64,000 bases of DNA from Amoebidium appalachense (taxonomy: Eukaryota > Protista > Ichthyosporea). The stretch is taken from positions 5,895,728-5,959,727 of the forward strand of contig CAVNZM010000008.1 of the NCBI GenBank assembly GCA_963693365.1, read 5' to 3'. Made by a program: the position numbers and the translations under genes. Position 1 is the stretch's first letter. Each line of letters starts with the position of its first letter. Shown in pieces: positions 40,560 to 53,959 of this stretch. The notes beneath the pieces are model-generated. The model saw nothing but the letters and a program-made list of their open reading frames with translations. It searched no databases and was not told the origin of the DNA.

Positions 40560-40860
40560 TAGACTCAAAAAGGTGCTCGTCTCAGAAGCACGGGCTTATA
40601 TCACTCTAAATACATGACATTGTAAGTAGTTCTTGAAAGATATTTTTCCTCAAGTTTCAACATACTGAGAATATATTCTCCGTCTAGACCAAAAAGTAAT
40701 GGCAATGCCCATATATAGACCCGCAGCAAAGAAGCCACATACCACTTCATATAGTAATATATGGGCAATGCATATGCAATGTCTAGATCTTCGAATGCAG
40801 TACTAAGGCGAGAAGCAGTTTTCCCTTGCTCTCTCAAGGTCTGATGATGCACAAACCGTG
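40560..40860. repeat. Diverged duplicate of 37955-38170
   Basis: See partner copy. Confidence 0.7.
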
Positions 40861-41614
40861 CACGTGGAAAATCATCTCCCCCCCCCCCCCCCCTCTCCTC
40901 CTCCTCCAGATGCGCGTGTCCACTTGTACCACTAGCATGCTTGATGTGGCGCCAACACATTTGTATTTTTGCATGCATAAATATTGCATACATATCGAAC
41001 ACACACACGCATGCATATGAGCATACACACTTTCGAACCGTGACACAGGTTTACATGTTCCACGCCCTGCAACCACGTGCACCATGTGCATCACTACAAT
41101 TGTCGTTGAAGGGCACGCAAATGGAGCATGTAGACCTGTGCGTGCATATCTATGCAGACCCCCCCCCCACTCCCCCCCCCCCTCCTCCTTCCCCCCCCCC
41201 GGCTCCCCAAGCACACACACACCCCATCCCAAAAAACGCACACACATGTGCACGCACGCACGCGCACCCATGCACGCACGCACGCACGCGCACCCACACA
41301 CAATCATCATTGAGATCATACACAAAATTGGCCATGGTTCCATTCCGGAAATACGGCAACTTGGGCAATGATTGGAAGCCATCGAGCTTTTTCGGTTTAT
41401 TTGCAGATTTGGTACGAACTAACATTAGAACATGCCCATAATTATACAAAGTATATGGAAACATCAAACTGATCGTAAGGTTTACTTCTTACATGCCAGG
41501 AAGATCGGCACACATGTGGTGTGTGTGTGTGCTTCTGTGTGTTTATGATTGAACGCGTGTGGATCGCGGGGGGGGGGGGGGGGTACACACACACGCATGC
41601 ATATGGGGGGGGGG

Positions 41615-41688
<74 letters not shown>

Positions 41689-42109
41689 TGTGTGTCTTTG
41701 TGTATGTGTGATTGTGTTTGTATGTGTGCGCGCACGGGTGTGTGTGTGTGTGTGTGTGTGCGTGTGTGTGTGTGTGTGTGCGTGTGTGTGTGTACGTGTT
41801 TGTTAGCGCACGAGTCTGTGTGTGTGTGCATGTATGTGCGTGCGTGCGTGCGTGTGTGTGTGTGTGGGGGGGGGGGGGGGAGGGGGGAAGGGGGGGGGGG
41901 GGGGGGAGGGGGGGGGGGGGGGGGAGGGAAAGAAACATACCACAAAAAAAAGAGGTAAAGATTAATAGGCAATATGTCAGCCTAAAAAAAATAAGAGCTT
42001 TAATAAATCCACAAAAAAGGAGGGGGGGAAAAAAAAAAACAAAAAAAAAAACCGTTTGCATTACTCGTCATGTGGCATTTACACAACACAATATCCACAA
42101 TATCTCCAC

Positions 42110-44498
42110 TCACATCAAGGGCACTAGCAACTTGTCCGCAACTATCCCAGTGAATATCAAACCCCCGAAAGTTCGTGCCGCAATAAATTTCTTCATGCAA
42201 TCGCTCGGATCGTCCAGATTCACCGCCGCAATCTGCCAGACAAGGTGGGCACTGGCCGCCGTCAGTGCGCCATAGAACGGCATACCAAGGCCCTGATTGG
42301 TGGAGACGAAAGTTAAAATTTAGTTAGTGTCGTACATGGGCTTCATCCTACTCTTACTCTTCTAGTTTTTCTATACTGTTGGTTACATAAAATCGGCTCA
42401 AACCCCTTCACAGGTCACAAGTGTGAGTCCTTTCTGCATGCACCCCTCCATACGCACACAGGCGCACATGCACACACACGCAAATACACCCGCCACTACT
42501 GCACACATACACCCCCACCCAGCCAACGTCTACCCAAAGACATACCCATCCCTGCCCCCATTATCTCCCTCTCAACCGTGACCAGGCAGAATCTCGGCAC
42601 CACAAACCATGTCAATTATGCTCCCCTCCCCCCCCCCCTCCCCCTCCCCCCCATCTCATTACCACCCCCCCCCCCCCCCCCCTCCCCTCCCCCTTCCCCC
42701 TTAACCACCTCCTTCCCCTCCGGTGTGCCCTTAACCTCAACCAACCCTTTACTAATTCACCTACACATGGGGTGCACACAGACACAGACGCGATACAACA
42801 CCACACACTAGTATGCACACCGGAACATACGCGCATAGACATGCATGTGTGCACCAGAACATGTACAAACATGCCCGTGCCTGTGAATCACAGAAGCTCA
42901 TCATAGCATCCCCACACTTTCTTAATCGAAAAACCTCTGAATTTAAATGTAAATCGAAAAACCTCTGAATTTAAATGTAGCTGCTCAATTGTTGGTTTTT
43001 CGGCACCTGAAGGGAGGGCTTGAGAAGGAGGTGACACAGAAGCCTTTATGAATTAATAAGTTTTGGGTTTTCCCAGATTGGACCGGGGGGGGGGGGGGGG
43101 GGGGGTTTGAATGCGTCAAAAAGTACGAAGTACACAAGAACAAACGGATAACACGATGCAGAATGCTAGCCATACATAAAGAGTATGCATAATAAGCAGA
43201 GCCCATCCTCAGGGGGGGCCCACGTCATCCACGGTACCCGAGTTTCGACCTATTACCCTCGTTAACGAAACCCAACTCAGATACTGTTTCACTTGAACAT
43301 GGGTAGGTCACCCGTCTTGATCAGAGACGAGCAGGGTTGCTTATGCAGGCAAGGGCAGTGGGAAAGGCCGGGGGTTAAAGTTGCAGCAGTAAGCAGAAGC
43401 AAGAAAAATATAGGTAGGAACTCAGGAGACGGGGATTCTAGGAAGCTCCCCCGTCGATACCTAAGTCGATACTTCCCTGGCTAACATACTACACCAGCTG
43501 AAAGAATTAGGTCCCGAAGGCCGCAAAATTCGCAATCAGAGGGGAAAATATGAGAGAGAAGGGTGTGTGTGTTCGTGGTGTGTGAGTTTGTTTTTAAAAT
43601 GGGTTGTGTGTATGTGTGTGGGGCCGGGGGCGGGGGGGGGGGGGGGGGGGGGGGGGGATTCTTACAGCGTTGTATCCAGTTAGAGCCAAAAACCCAACCG
43701 TGGCAGCACCAAAGCCGCTCAGCCATTCTTTAGTCTTGTCCCCAAACCTAACCACCCAATGGAAAACCTGCGTTAGTATTCATATAAAACACTACAGCAT
43801 GTGTTAAACGTAAATGGCAATTGTTATAGATTGCCCATACATCCATACCAACACAGCACATCATATCGGGCTGACCATAAGCCACTAGCTGCAAAAAGGC
43901 GTATCAAACCTCCCCCCCCCCCCCCCCCCCCCCCCCCTTTCTACAATCTAAAATTCATTCCAGCAGTTGAGCTTGCTGGTTGCCGTACTAATTGTTGCTT
44001 GTGTGGGTGGGTGAGTGGGTGTGTGTGTGGATGTGTGTGTGTACGCGTGTGTGCATTGGGGTGGGGTGGGGTGGGGGGATTGGGGGAGGTTGGGTGGGGA
44101 GGAGGGGGGGGGGGGGGGGGGGGGAGAAGAGAGGGGGGGGGGGGGGGGGGGGGAGAAGAGAGGGGGGTGGGGGGGAGGGGGGGAAGGGGGGAGTCTGACC
44201 TTAGGGCTGTAGACTTAATTCCAACCTTTACGTCATCTTTCTTATCCTGCACGTGTATGTGGATGGGTAGGTAGAGTGGGGTGGAGGTGTGTGTGTGTGT
44301 AAGTGTGTGCAGGGGTAGGGGGAGAGAGGGGGGGGGGGGGGGGGGGGATAAAGAGCGTACGGGGGGAGGGGGGGGGGGGGATGAGAAAGAGGGTCGCAGC
44401 ACACAACAGAGGTGCAAAAACAACATTGTCGATGAGGTGCCATGAGGGGAACGCTTGTTCTGTTAAAAAGGGACTTGTCGCACGTGTGTGTACGTATG

Positions 44499-44535
<37 letters not shown>

Positions 44536-44695
44536 GGGGGGGGGGGGGGGGGGGATTGGGTGCGCAGTGAGTAATGTGTGCATGGATGAGTCTGTGTGTT
44601 GGAGCATGTGCGATTGTGTGTGTGCACATACGTGTAATGGTGTGTGCGTGTGTGTGTGGTGTGGTGGGGAGGGGAGAGGGGACGCGCGCGGGGGT

Positions 44696-44731
<36 letters not shown>

Positions 44732-46366
44732 ATGCATGAATAAGGGAGCGCGAACAACCACACACACCGTGAACTTTATGAAAAGACGGCAAAAACAAAA
44801 TGCACGACATGGTGATATGAACAAGAAGTGCAACTGTGCCCCCGTGTATATATGCCAGTCTTTGTTCGTGTGGGTCAGGTGGATGTGTGTGTTTTCTTGG
44901 TGTGCGTGTGTGTCACAGTGTGTGCGTGGTGATGTGTGTTTGTGTGCAAGTGTGTGTGCGTGTGTTCGCGCGTGCATGTGTGTGCAAGTGATTGTGTGTG
45001 TGGGGTGGGGACGGGGGGGCATGTGTGTGCGTGCGCACACGCAATACAGGTACGTGCGAGTACGTCTGTGTATGAGTGCGTGAATGTGTGTGTGTAATGT
45101 GTGAGTCTGATATCATTTTAATGTGGATGTATGTGCATGTTTTATTTTTATCATTTGTTATTTATATTCATTTTTATTTTTATTTTTGTTTTTATTTTTT
45201 TTTTTTTTTTTGGGGGGGGGGATACCCACCTGATGTGCATAAATGGTATCATAAACAAGGGTCCAGTTGATACCAGCAGCATAAAGTGGCAGGCAGATGC
45301 TCCAATCACATGCGCCCATTACAGCAGCATATCCCAATAGGGTGCCCCAGTTAAAAGCAAGGCCCAGGATGGACTGGGGCCACCAGGTGACTCTTTTGGC
45401 CAGCGGGTAGGTGACAACTAGTGCCATGGAGGAGGCTCCAAGTAAAATGCTGCACCAATCAGATTAAAGAGTTAATATTTAATAAATATGCTATAACGAC
45501 AAGACATCCCCAACCGAAGTAAATTGTGCCTACATATGCACACTCAAATGCTCATCATCAGATTCATATGTTTTTGTAATCAAATCAAACGTTGACATTG
45601 ACTTGTACCATTATATATTGCTTGGGGGAAGGTTACCGTTGTGTAACGTTACCATGAGATCGACAAACAGCCGGAACCCCACATCAATTCCAACGAATGC
45701 CATGCAAGCGCTTGTTTTGGATAGTATGCGAATAAATCAATATAAGGAGGGCAGTGACTGATTATTCGCAATATACGCCGCACTTCGAGTATATCTCATC
45801 GAATCCAATCGATATCCACTCACAATCTAGTATACCCCGATTGAAATTTCGCCGCTCACCTGTAGGGATTTAGGCTGACCAGCACACCCAGGCCTGCCGT
45901 CAGCTGTGCAGCCAAGAAAAACCAAGCTTCCTTCATGCCCACAGTGCCGCTAGCCAGTGGCCGCACACGTGTACGGTCAACCTGTGGATTTTTAATGATT
46001 ACTGGTAAATTGTTAAAAAAAATTGAAGAGATCATAATGCTGGTGGGATTTGGCTTTTGTAGTCATATGATGGTAAACTTTAGGGGAATTGAATGGCTGA
46101 ATGACTTCTTATGGCGGTGGATCACATCGATTCGCTCGATGACTTGAAGAGAATGATTGGAGAAACGCTAGATTGAGTGCAGGGGTTGAAAAGCAAAACG
46201 GGACCAAAAAAAAAAAAAAAAAAAAAAGGAATAAAGAACTGACCAGACCACAAACATGTCCCATCGACAACTTAAGAAGTGTGAAAAAAAAAAACAAAAA
46301 AAAAAAAACAAAAAAAACTGGCATTTACGAGCCCTTATCACTTTCCACATCAGCAAAGGTGCGAGG

Positions 46367-46415
<49 letters not shown>

Positions 46416-47882
46416 CACCCTCTTATCGAAGTCCTGGTCCCACATATCGTTGATGGTGCACCCTGCACCCCGCATAATCACAGCGCCCAATCCAAACCAG
46501 GCAAGCATGCCTATATCGGGAAGGTGCCCCGGTGTGGCGGCCAATGCGATGCTCCACGTGCACGGGAGATATAAAAGCCATGTCCCTATTGGCCTGTTAA
46601 AATTTAATAATTAAGGTGACATGGTGGTGAATGCATGGGAATGTATGCAGACACGTTTTCAGAGTATCGGACTTAGAGGATTAGTAAGGGTGTGTGAGGT
46701 GTATGGAGTGCTTTTGGTGACAGAAATCGATGTGCCTGAACACAGAAGGGCAGGAGCACGAAATTCTGCCCGAGATATATTATGCCCGAGAAAAATTTAC
46801 CCTAGATAAATTTGCCATGGATATTTGTAGTATACTAATCAGGTTGGGCATTCAAAACAGAGGAAAAGACGCTATTCCTGAGGCTTTCTACCAGTCGAAA
46901 GTTGGTGTGCGTTTGTGTCACAGTGTGTGTGTGTGTGTGTGTGTGTGCGTGCGCGCGTGTGTGAGCGTGCACATGCCTTTGTGCCTGCACGCGTGTATGT
47001 TGGTCACGTGTGCGTGCATGTCAATCTCGGTACACATGCCTGCTCTATCAGTTTTCTACGTCCTGTTTGCAAGAATCGTTCATAGCAAGAATCAACACGC
47101 GCGCACCTATATGTCTGTCCATATGTGTGCGTGTGTGTCTGCATGTGTCCGTGTTTGCACGTGTTTGCCATGTGTCCACTCACTTATCCAATCTGGCCAG
47201 CTTCAAATACGGTTGCATTCCTTCCGGTGCCTTCTCCACCACAGCTGCGGCAGAGAGGGCCTTTAGCGACATCATCCTCACCCCCTGCCATTGCCTGAAA
47301 CTGTGCGCTGGTAGTGCCAGTGCTCTATTTGCTGCACGGTGGGAAGTAGGCATTCGTCGTAGCAGGCTGTGAAGTGGCCGGGTGCCTAATCTGGTGTATA
47401 CAGTTGACTGGCTGTGCCTGTGTTTGTTTGTTTGGGAGGGGGGGGGGGGGGGGGGGGGGGAAGGGAGGAGGGGGGGGGGGGGGGAAAGGGGGGGGGGGAG
47501 AGGAGGGGGGGGGGGGGGGGGGGGATCAGCTCGTTTGTGATATGCGGAAAGGTACTACGCTTTATTTACTAAAACATCCCTGCTCTTTCTACCAATTTTT
47601 AGTGCCATATTTTTTTTTAATGTTAAAAAGACAAACTAATGGTGTTTTTTATGTTGTTGGTTTTGGGGTAGGGGATGACCGGTGGGGTGGCGGGGGGAGG
47701 GTGCGGGGGGGGGGGGGGGGGGGGGGGGGAGGGGGGGGGGGGGGCTTGACGGTGTTAAAAGGGGGATGTGGGGTGTGTGTGTGTTTTGGGGGGGGGGGGG
47801 GGGGGGGGGGGATTACCTGCACAGATTATTCAATTTGCTTGAAAGAGCTGCCAATTGCAGAGGTCTAGGCTGACAGGTCAGC

Positions 47883-47939
<57 letters not shown>

Positions 47940-48819
47940 TTCAGTGGGCGAAAAGGGGGGGGGGGGGGGGGGAAGAGGTGGTTGGATCCAGTGTGTATGC
48001 CCAGGGCCGGAGTGGGTTTTGGATATGGAGAGCTGGGGGTGGGGGCGGGGGGAGGGGGGAGGGGGGGGTCAGTATCTATCACAGAATATTAATTACATGT
48101 TCATGACATAACGATCCTAATCTTGTGAACCATACACTACACAAGTAGCAGCACCTTAAGCAGAGCCCTTTTTTTTCTTCTTTTTTTCCTTTTTTTGGGG
48201 GGGGGGGGGGGGGGGGGTTGAATGCGTCAAAAAGTACGAAGTACACAAGAACAAACGGATAACACGATGCAGAATGCAAGCCATACATAAAGAGTATGCA
48301 TAATAAGCAGAGCCCATCCTCAGGGGGGGATGACGTCATCCACAGTACCCGAGTTTCGACCTATTCACCTCGTGAACGAAACCCAACTCAGATACTGTTT
48401 CACTTGAACATGGGTAGGTCACCCGTCTTGATCAGAGACGAGCAGGGTTACTTATGCAGGCAAGGGCAGTGGGAAAGGCCGGGGGTTAAAGTTGCAGCAG
48501 TAAGCAGAAGCAAGAAAAATATAGATAGGAACTCAGGAGACGGGGCTTCTAGGAACCTCCCCAGTCGCTACCTAAGTCGATACTTCCCTGGCTAACATAC
48601 TACACCAGCTGAAAAGAATCAAGTCCCGAAGGCCGCAGAATTCGTACTCAGAGGGGAAAATATGAGATTTGACCCACGCCGCAGGGTAGTAACACGCTTA
48701 CTAGGGCGGAACTTAAACGTCTTCGAACGGAAAGCTATGCCCCCGGATGTCAGCCGGAAATATGGTATCACCCATTGCTTTGGGCTTGAAAAAAGCCAAA
48801 TCGGTAGTCCGAGTTATGT

Positions 48820-48851
<32 letters not shown>

Positions 48852-49396
48852 GAGAGAACAAGAACAGGGAGCTATCATGGCAAAGAACGCCCCAGTGCAT
48901 AGCCTTTCCACTACCCCTTCCTCTGTGCTCTCCTTGTCGAGTTCAAGTGACCTTTCAGCAGCCACACCCACATCCTTTCTCTCCAAGCGCTTATAACAAT
49001 GGCCTATTCCCCTTCCTTTCTTTCTTGCAGATGTGATATTGGGGGCAGGGTGGGGGGTGGGGGGGGGGGGGGGGGGGGGGGGGGGCTTGGGATGTGCAAA
49101 AGCTGAAAGGAGGTGGCGGTGGCGGGGAAGGTAGTGAAGGACGTTAAAGTGTGCTTCAATACAGTGACGGGGGGGATGAAAGGGCAGGAAAAAAAGTTGT
49201 CACAGCACAAACATGAGGAGGTTGTGTGTGATGTACATGGTACAATACTGGGGAAAGACGGAGGGGGTTAGAACGAAACCCATGTCTTTGTGACTCTTCC
49301 CCCGGATTTTGGCAGTGTGTGTTTTGCAGGCATGTGTGTCCGTGTGATTGATTGGGTGAGTGAGACCCAATGAGTGAGTGAATGAGTGCGTGAATG

Positions 49397-49444
<48 letters not shown>

Positions 49445-49484
49445 CGTGCGTGCGAGCGTGTGTGCATGTGCGCGCGCGAGTGTG

Positions 49485-49518
<34 letters not shown>

Positions 49519-49658
49519 CGTACGTGTGTGTGTATATATGTGTGTGTGTGTGGCTGTGTTTCAGTGTTCATGAGTGTGTGCGTGCATGCGTGAGTGGGTG
49601 CTTGCGTGCGTGCGTGCGTGTGTGTGTGCGTGCCTGCGCCTGTGTGTGCGTGCCTGTG

Positions 49659-49703
<45 letters not shown>

Positions 49704-49855
49704 ACGCACCCGCCATTGAGTGTGTATGCGTGCAGGTGTGTGTGCTTTAAAACGTGCATGGCACTGTGCCCGCACCGCACCGCGAGCACCCAGGTATGAC
49801 TACACGTGTATGCTCAACACGTGGGGTTACACACCTGTATCCGTGGCGCCAACAT
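42110..49855 (-). CDS. COQ2: 4-hydroxybenzoate polyprenyltransferase, mitochondrial; exons 49855-49835, 47884-47817, 47390-47184, 46593-46419, 45981-45860, 45449-45230, 44246-44200, 43747-43666, 42292-42110
   Basis: [66 protein letters not shown] and [26 protein letters not shown]; GT-AG introns in phase. The first two small exons (Arg-rich transit peptide MLAPRIQRLTC...) are less certain. Confidence 0.95.
43104..43557 (-). repeat. Dispersed ~450-bp repeat, copy 1 (COQ2 intron), abutting a G run
   Basis: High identity to 48217-48667, same orientation, same boundary at a poly(G) tract. Confidence 0.9.
48217..48667 (-). repeat. Dispersed ~450-bp repeat, copy 2 (COQ2 intron 1); may extend to ~48820
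   Basis: High identity to 43104-43557. Confidence 0.9.
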
Positions 49856-50608
49856 TTTTAAAGTTCACAAATCCCTCACGGGATATAATATTAATCTGAG
49901 CTTCAAGTTTGTGCCTGCAAGAGGCCGGAACTAAGCAGGAAAAATTAAATAACCAGGATTGGGCTTCCGAGCCTAAAGCTTGAAAGACAACTAAGCTGCG
50001 TTTCAACACTAGGGGAGATGGAGATAAAACTAAACACCTACGTGAGTTAGCAACTAGCCAACATGTGGCTGCTTCAAGAAACTTTGTTGCAAGCTCCGGG
50101 CGGGGTATAACTCCCCCATTTGCCATTGGTCGAAATTCGTTATATGACCAAAATCTTTTCGGGTCGACTCGGGATCGAACATCCGACCCGAATCCCTTAC
50201 ATCCGACCCGAATGATCTTAGATCCAGATTCCACATCAGCAGCCTGCTCTTTGATAATTCGATTCGTGTCAAAGGGGTTTACACACTTTTTATTGCGTGG
50301 ACATTGCCGGAGGCCCAGCCACATTCGACGGCCTACTGCGTTTTCCAGCACAGCCAATCAAATGCAGCCAGTGACATATGTACATGCTAGGCAACAATGA
50401 GCGCCATCGTAGGATCTGACACCCCTATTACATATTATGGGTAAGCAGATGCTAGCATCGGTAGCTCCGACAGAAAGTTAAGGCACCGGATCACAATATC
50501 ATACTGTGCAGCATTAATAAGGTGATCTAGGATAGTCATCTTAAAACGGATATATTGAGGAAGAGATGAAGAAAAGAGAATAAAACCGCCAATAACCTCC
50601 GGTTTGTC

Positions 50609-51116
50609 AAAAGCCAGATTGCCAGATTGCCAGATTAAAAACCGCCTCGCCAAAAATGGTTATTCGTCGATTAATCGAATCGGAACGTAAAATTTAAACA
50701 AAATTTTAAGGCCAGATTCAATTTGACCCCTCTTCCAGATTCCAGAATCTGGCGACCCCCACCCCCCCCCCTTCCAGATTGCCAGATTAACCCTGCGCCT
50801 TACGATTGGCCACGCCAGCACCATATAAAGTTCGTATCCAATCCTTGGCGTTTTGCCTTATTAGTATAGCTTTTCAAAAATGCATAAAACTTGGTAATAA
50901 ATGCCCATTTAACAAAATAAAAATTATTTAAATAATATTTCAAAACTATTATTGTTCATTAAGATAAGCCAAGATATTCTATTACCGCGCAAAATGGCAA
51001 GTGCCTTCTTGACCCAAAAAGCTAGATTTTAGCTCCACAAGAACCGCACCGAAATCTAGCCTTTCTGGAATGCCATCAAAATTCTGGCATTCTGGCAATC
51101 TGGCAATCTGGCTTTT
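50609..51116. mobile_element. MITE-like segment bounded by inverted (GCCAGATT)n arrays
   Basis: AAAAGCCAGATTGCCAGATTGCCAGA at the left and TCTGGCAATCTGGCAATCTGGCTTTT at the right, additional internal CCAGATT copies and an AT-rich core; exact ends and TSD not identified. Confidence 0.5.
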
Positions 51117-51839
51117 CACGCGAATCGAACATGGCTCACCGTTATCCTGTCAGATAAGAGATCACAGTACTTGAGCCTGTCAAACCCACAAACCTACACA
51201 GCCGTAATAACCAGAAAGCAATAGGTAAGCTAACAGACAAAACAAGCATTCTGCATAAATTCCAAACAGGTGCTTCGACCGGTTTTTGGCTTCACCGGCC
51301 CACACCGGCCGCCCCAGACTTACCAAGGTCAGCGCTGACATACCCGGGTTGGCCCAGATGATCAGGAGTCATGGGGCGAGTGGCCGAGCGAGACCGAAGT
51401 TATTTCGGCGAGCCGTCGGTTATTTTGGCGAGCCGATAGGCGAGCCAAAATAATCGTCAAGGCGAGCCGAAATAACGAGGTCGAGCGAGGACACGAGCCG
51501 ACATGATCCGGTTACGATATGACCCATAAAGATTTAGCATTCACTTTATTGATACATTATGCAAACTTTAACTCGGTTATTTGATTCATACATCATTACA
51601 TTCACATTTCAGGCTCATTTTCCTAGTGATCGCTTTGATTGGCTAGCAGCGCACTCACCCATTAACCCGGTTATTCGATTCCTCTAACCCAATAGAAATG
51701 TCCATAGCCTGGTTATTTCGGTGAGTGCGCTCTAGGCCAATCACGGCAAGACTAACTGAAGTTAAAGGTCGTGTCGTCATCCAATCAGATCACACCCCGA
51801 CGCTCGGAATATCGTAACCAATTGCAAACAGCAAGCCAC

Positions 51840-52524
51840 TACCCCCTCTCTCTCCCCTTCCCCCTCTCTCTCCCCTTCTCCCCTCTCTCTCCCCTTCTCC
51901 CCTGGGCACAAATACAAATAAACCCCGCAATAGTGTGTGTGTGACTTTGGACTGCCACTTACTTATTAAACATGTACACAATCACAAGATAATCACGCAA
52001 TATAACAAATGGAAAAAGATACCACACGACACTAGACCCGATGAAAGCATACACCTTGAAAAACTAAGCCTTATGTCTCGTTTTATATATACTGACCGCC
52101 TCAACCATATTGCCAAATATGGCACTCGCAAGTGTATAACACCTAAATACATATTACCTTCCTGTAGAACTGGTCTTTCTCTAGCTGATGGTATTATTGA
52201 TCAATTACCACGCTTTTACTGTACACGTGCTATACAGTGGAGATCTAATAAGTATAAGGTGGCATCATTTGCATGCCCAAACAACACACACACACACCAG
52301 TTTAACCGGTCATGTATCGCCAAATGTAGTTTGATAGACCACATAATACCGCAACACACACACGTCACATTCACAACAGACACCCAGAAAGATAGCCTAC
52401 CTGTAAATTACAACATCCTTGATTTTATACTAAACACGCGTAACTACGACCTGTTTATTAGATGTATTGATTGGCTTGAGAAACACATCACTACAAAATT
52501 ATAGCGCACGCGCACACACACACA

Positions 52525-52573
<49 letters not shown>
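51840..52573 (+). mobile_element. Probable non-LTR retrotransposon 3' fragment ending in a (CA)n tail
   Basis: 189-aa ORF without a true start (..SCRTGLSL..RAIQWRSN..C..HQFNRSC..ILDFILN) resembling LINE ORF C-termini, stop followed directly by a microsatellite; second copy at 39809-40380. Family assignment is by recall, not by search. Confidence 0.55.
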
Positions 52574-52575
<2 letters not shown>

Positions 52576-52607
52576 CCAGCTGATACCGAGTGTCCCGAGG
52601 GGAGCCC

Positions 52608-52653
<46 letters not shown>

Positions 52654-52877
52654 GGGGAACCCCAACTAATTGATTTCTCCTTGTAGTCTTTATGGTGTCT
52701 CGTAGAGAAAGTAAACCCTGATATATAGTCACCACCCGACATCTATGTACGTGATCATGATATACCGCTGAGGGGATATTCCGAGCAAACCCCCCCCCCC
52801 CCATACCTGAGACTGGTTCTCTTTGCCTCGAGTAAACAGCGTAAACCCCCACGGCCATCTAGCCTGAGACTCGCCAC

Positions 52878-52923
52878 CAAGGCCTCCTAAATAGCACACC
52901 GGTGTGCTATTTAGGAGGCCTTG
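52878..52923. repeat. 46-bp perfect palindrome
   Basis: CAAGGCCTCCTAAATAGCACACC|GGTGTGCTATTTAGGAGGCCTTG. Confidence 0.95.
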
Positions 52924-53384
52924 CTCGCCACTACCGATCGGGCCGCAACGTTCAGGACTCCCAGTCCCCAACAAGCCCTCTATACACACACACACACAGC
53001 TATTACCAGGACGCAAAGCAAAAGCAAAAGCAAAAGCTAACAGACGCAACAAAGCCTTCCCACAACCGAAAGCCTGTGCCGTATGATGCTGAACATCCGT
53101 ACGGGTCGCTGTTTGCAGCCACGTCGCCCCTGGGCCCCAACCGACCCGGGCAGGCCGGCTAAGACCAATGCACCCTCCAATATAAAGTGTACTGATTGGC
53201 GGCGCGGGCCCGGACCTGGCCCGGCCCGCCGTTCTACACGCTGAACCCTTGTTAGCCCCAAAAAGTGACCTTTAGATCCATGCGCAGCTGCCTTATATAG
53301 TATGATCTGAAACTTTTGTCCAATGAAAATCGTTATCGCTCCCAATTATTGCTTCATTCTGATTGGTTGTCACACCACGGGGTT

Positions 53385-53620
53385 TCCCGATTGTTCTTCG
53401 AATGACATTTGCTATCACTATCAGACAGTTCTCCAATATCAGAACAGAAAACGGTCTCTACCCAGATGGCCAGATGGCCAGGTCAAATTCAGTGTGTGGA
53501 AAAAGGTGGATAAAACGGGATAAAACGGTGAGCAAAATGATCTGGCCATCTGGCCATGTGGCCATGGAATCTCTATATCTAAAAATAGCTGCCACTGCGC
53601 CGGGGCCTGGTTCCGGGAGG
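53385..53620. other. Conserved subterminal module (inverted homolog of 10745-10955) with a 24-bp inverted repeat at 53462-53485 / 53538-53561
   Basis: TTCCCGATTGTTCTTC..AATGACATTT..CTATCACTATC..ACAGTTCTCCAATAT..GAACAGAAAACGGT are reverse complements of blocks at 10885-10955. Confidence 0.85.
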
Positions 53621-53830
53621 CAGGGGAGCAGGGGAGCCACTCAGTGTGTGGGTGTGCATATGGCCATGGTCACACTGGGGCCTGGTTCCGGGAGGCAGGG
53701 GAGCAGGGGAGGCACTCAGTGTGTGGGTGTGCATATGGCCATGGTCACACTGGGGCCTGGTTCCGGGAGGCAGGGGAGCAGGGGAGGCACCCAGTGTGTG
53801 GGTGTGCATGTGGCAGGGGAGCAGGGGGGA
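53602..53830. repeat. ~76-bp tandem repeat x3 related (inverted) to the 7370-10756 satellite
   Basis: GGGGCCTGGTTCCGGGAGG is the reverse complement of CCTCCCGGAACCAGGCCCC at ~7447-7465. Confidence 0.8.
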
Positions 53831-53959
53831 CTGGGGGGCTGGGGGGCAGGGGGGCAGGGGAGCAGGGGAGCAGGGGGGCAGGGGAGGCAGGGGAGACTGG
53901 CATGCCACTCACGGGGAGGATAGTGTATGTTGGCACGTGTGGGTGTGTGGGTGGTTTTT

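Noticed and set aside
43200-43330. Hammerhead ribozyme / Penelope-like pLTR (CTGAGGA and GAAAC motifs on the minus strand)
   Set aside because: The core motifs are in the wrong order and I could not build stems I-III.
49827-50400. 176-aa minus-strand ORF upstream of COQ2
   Set aside because: Non-ATG start, no recognisable motif, and it overlaps the likely COQ2 first exon and promoter.
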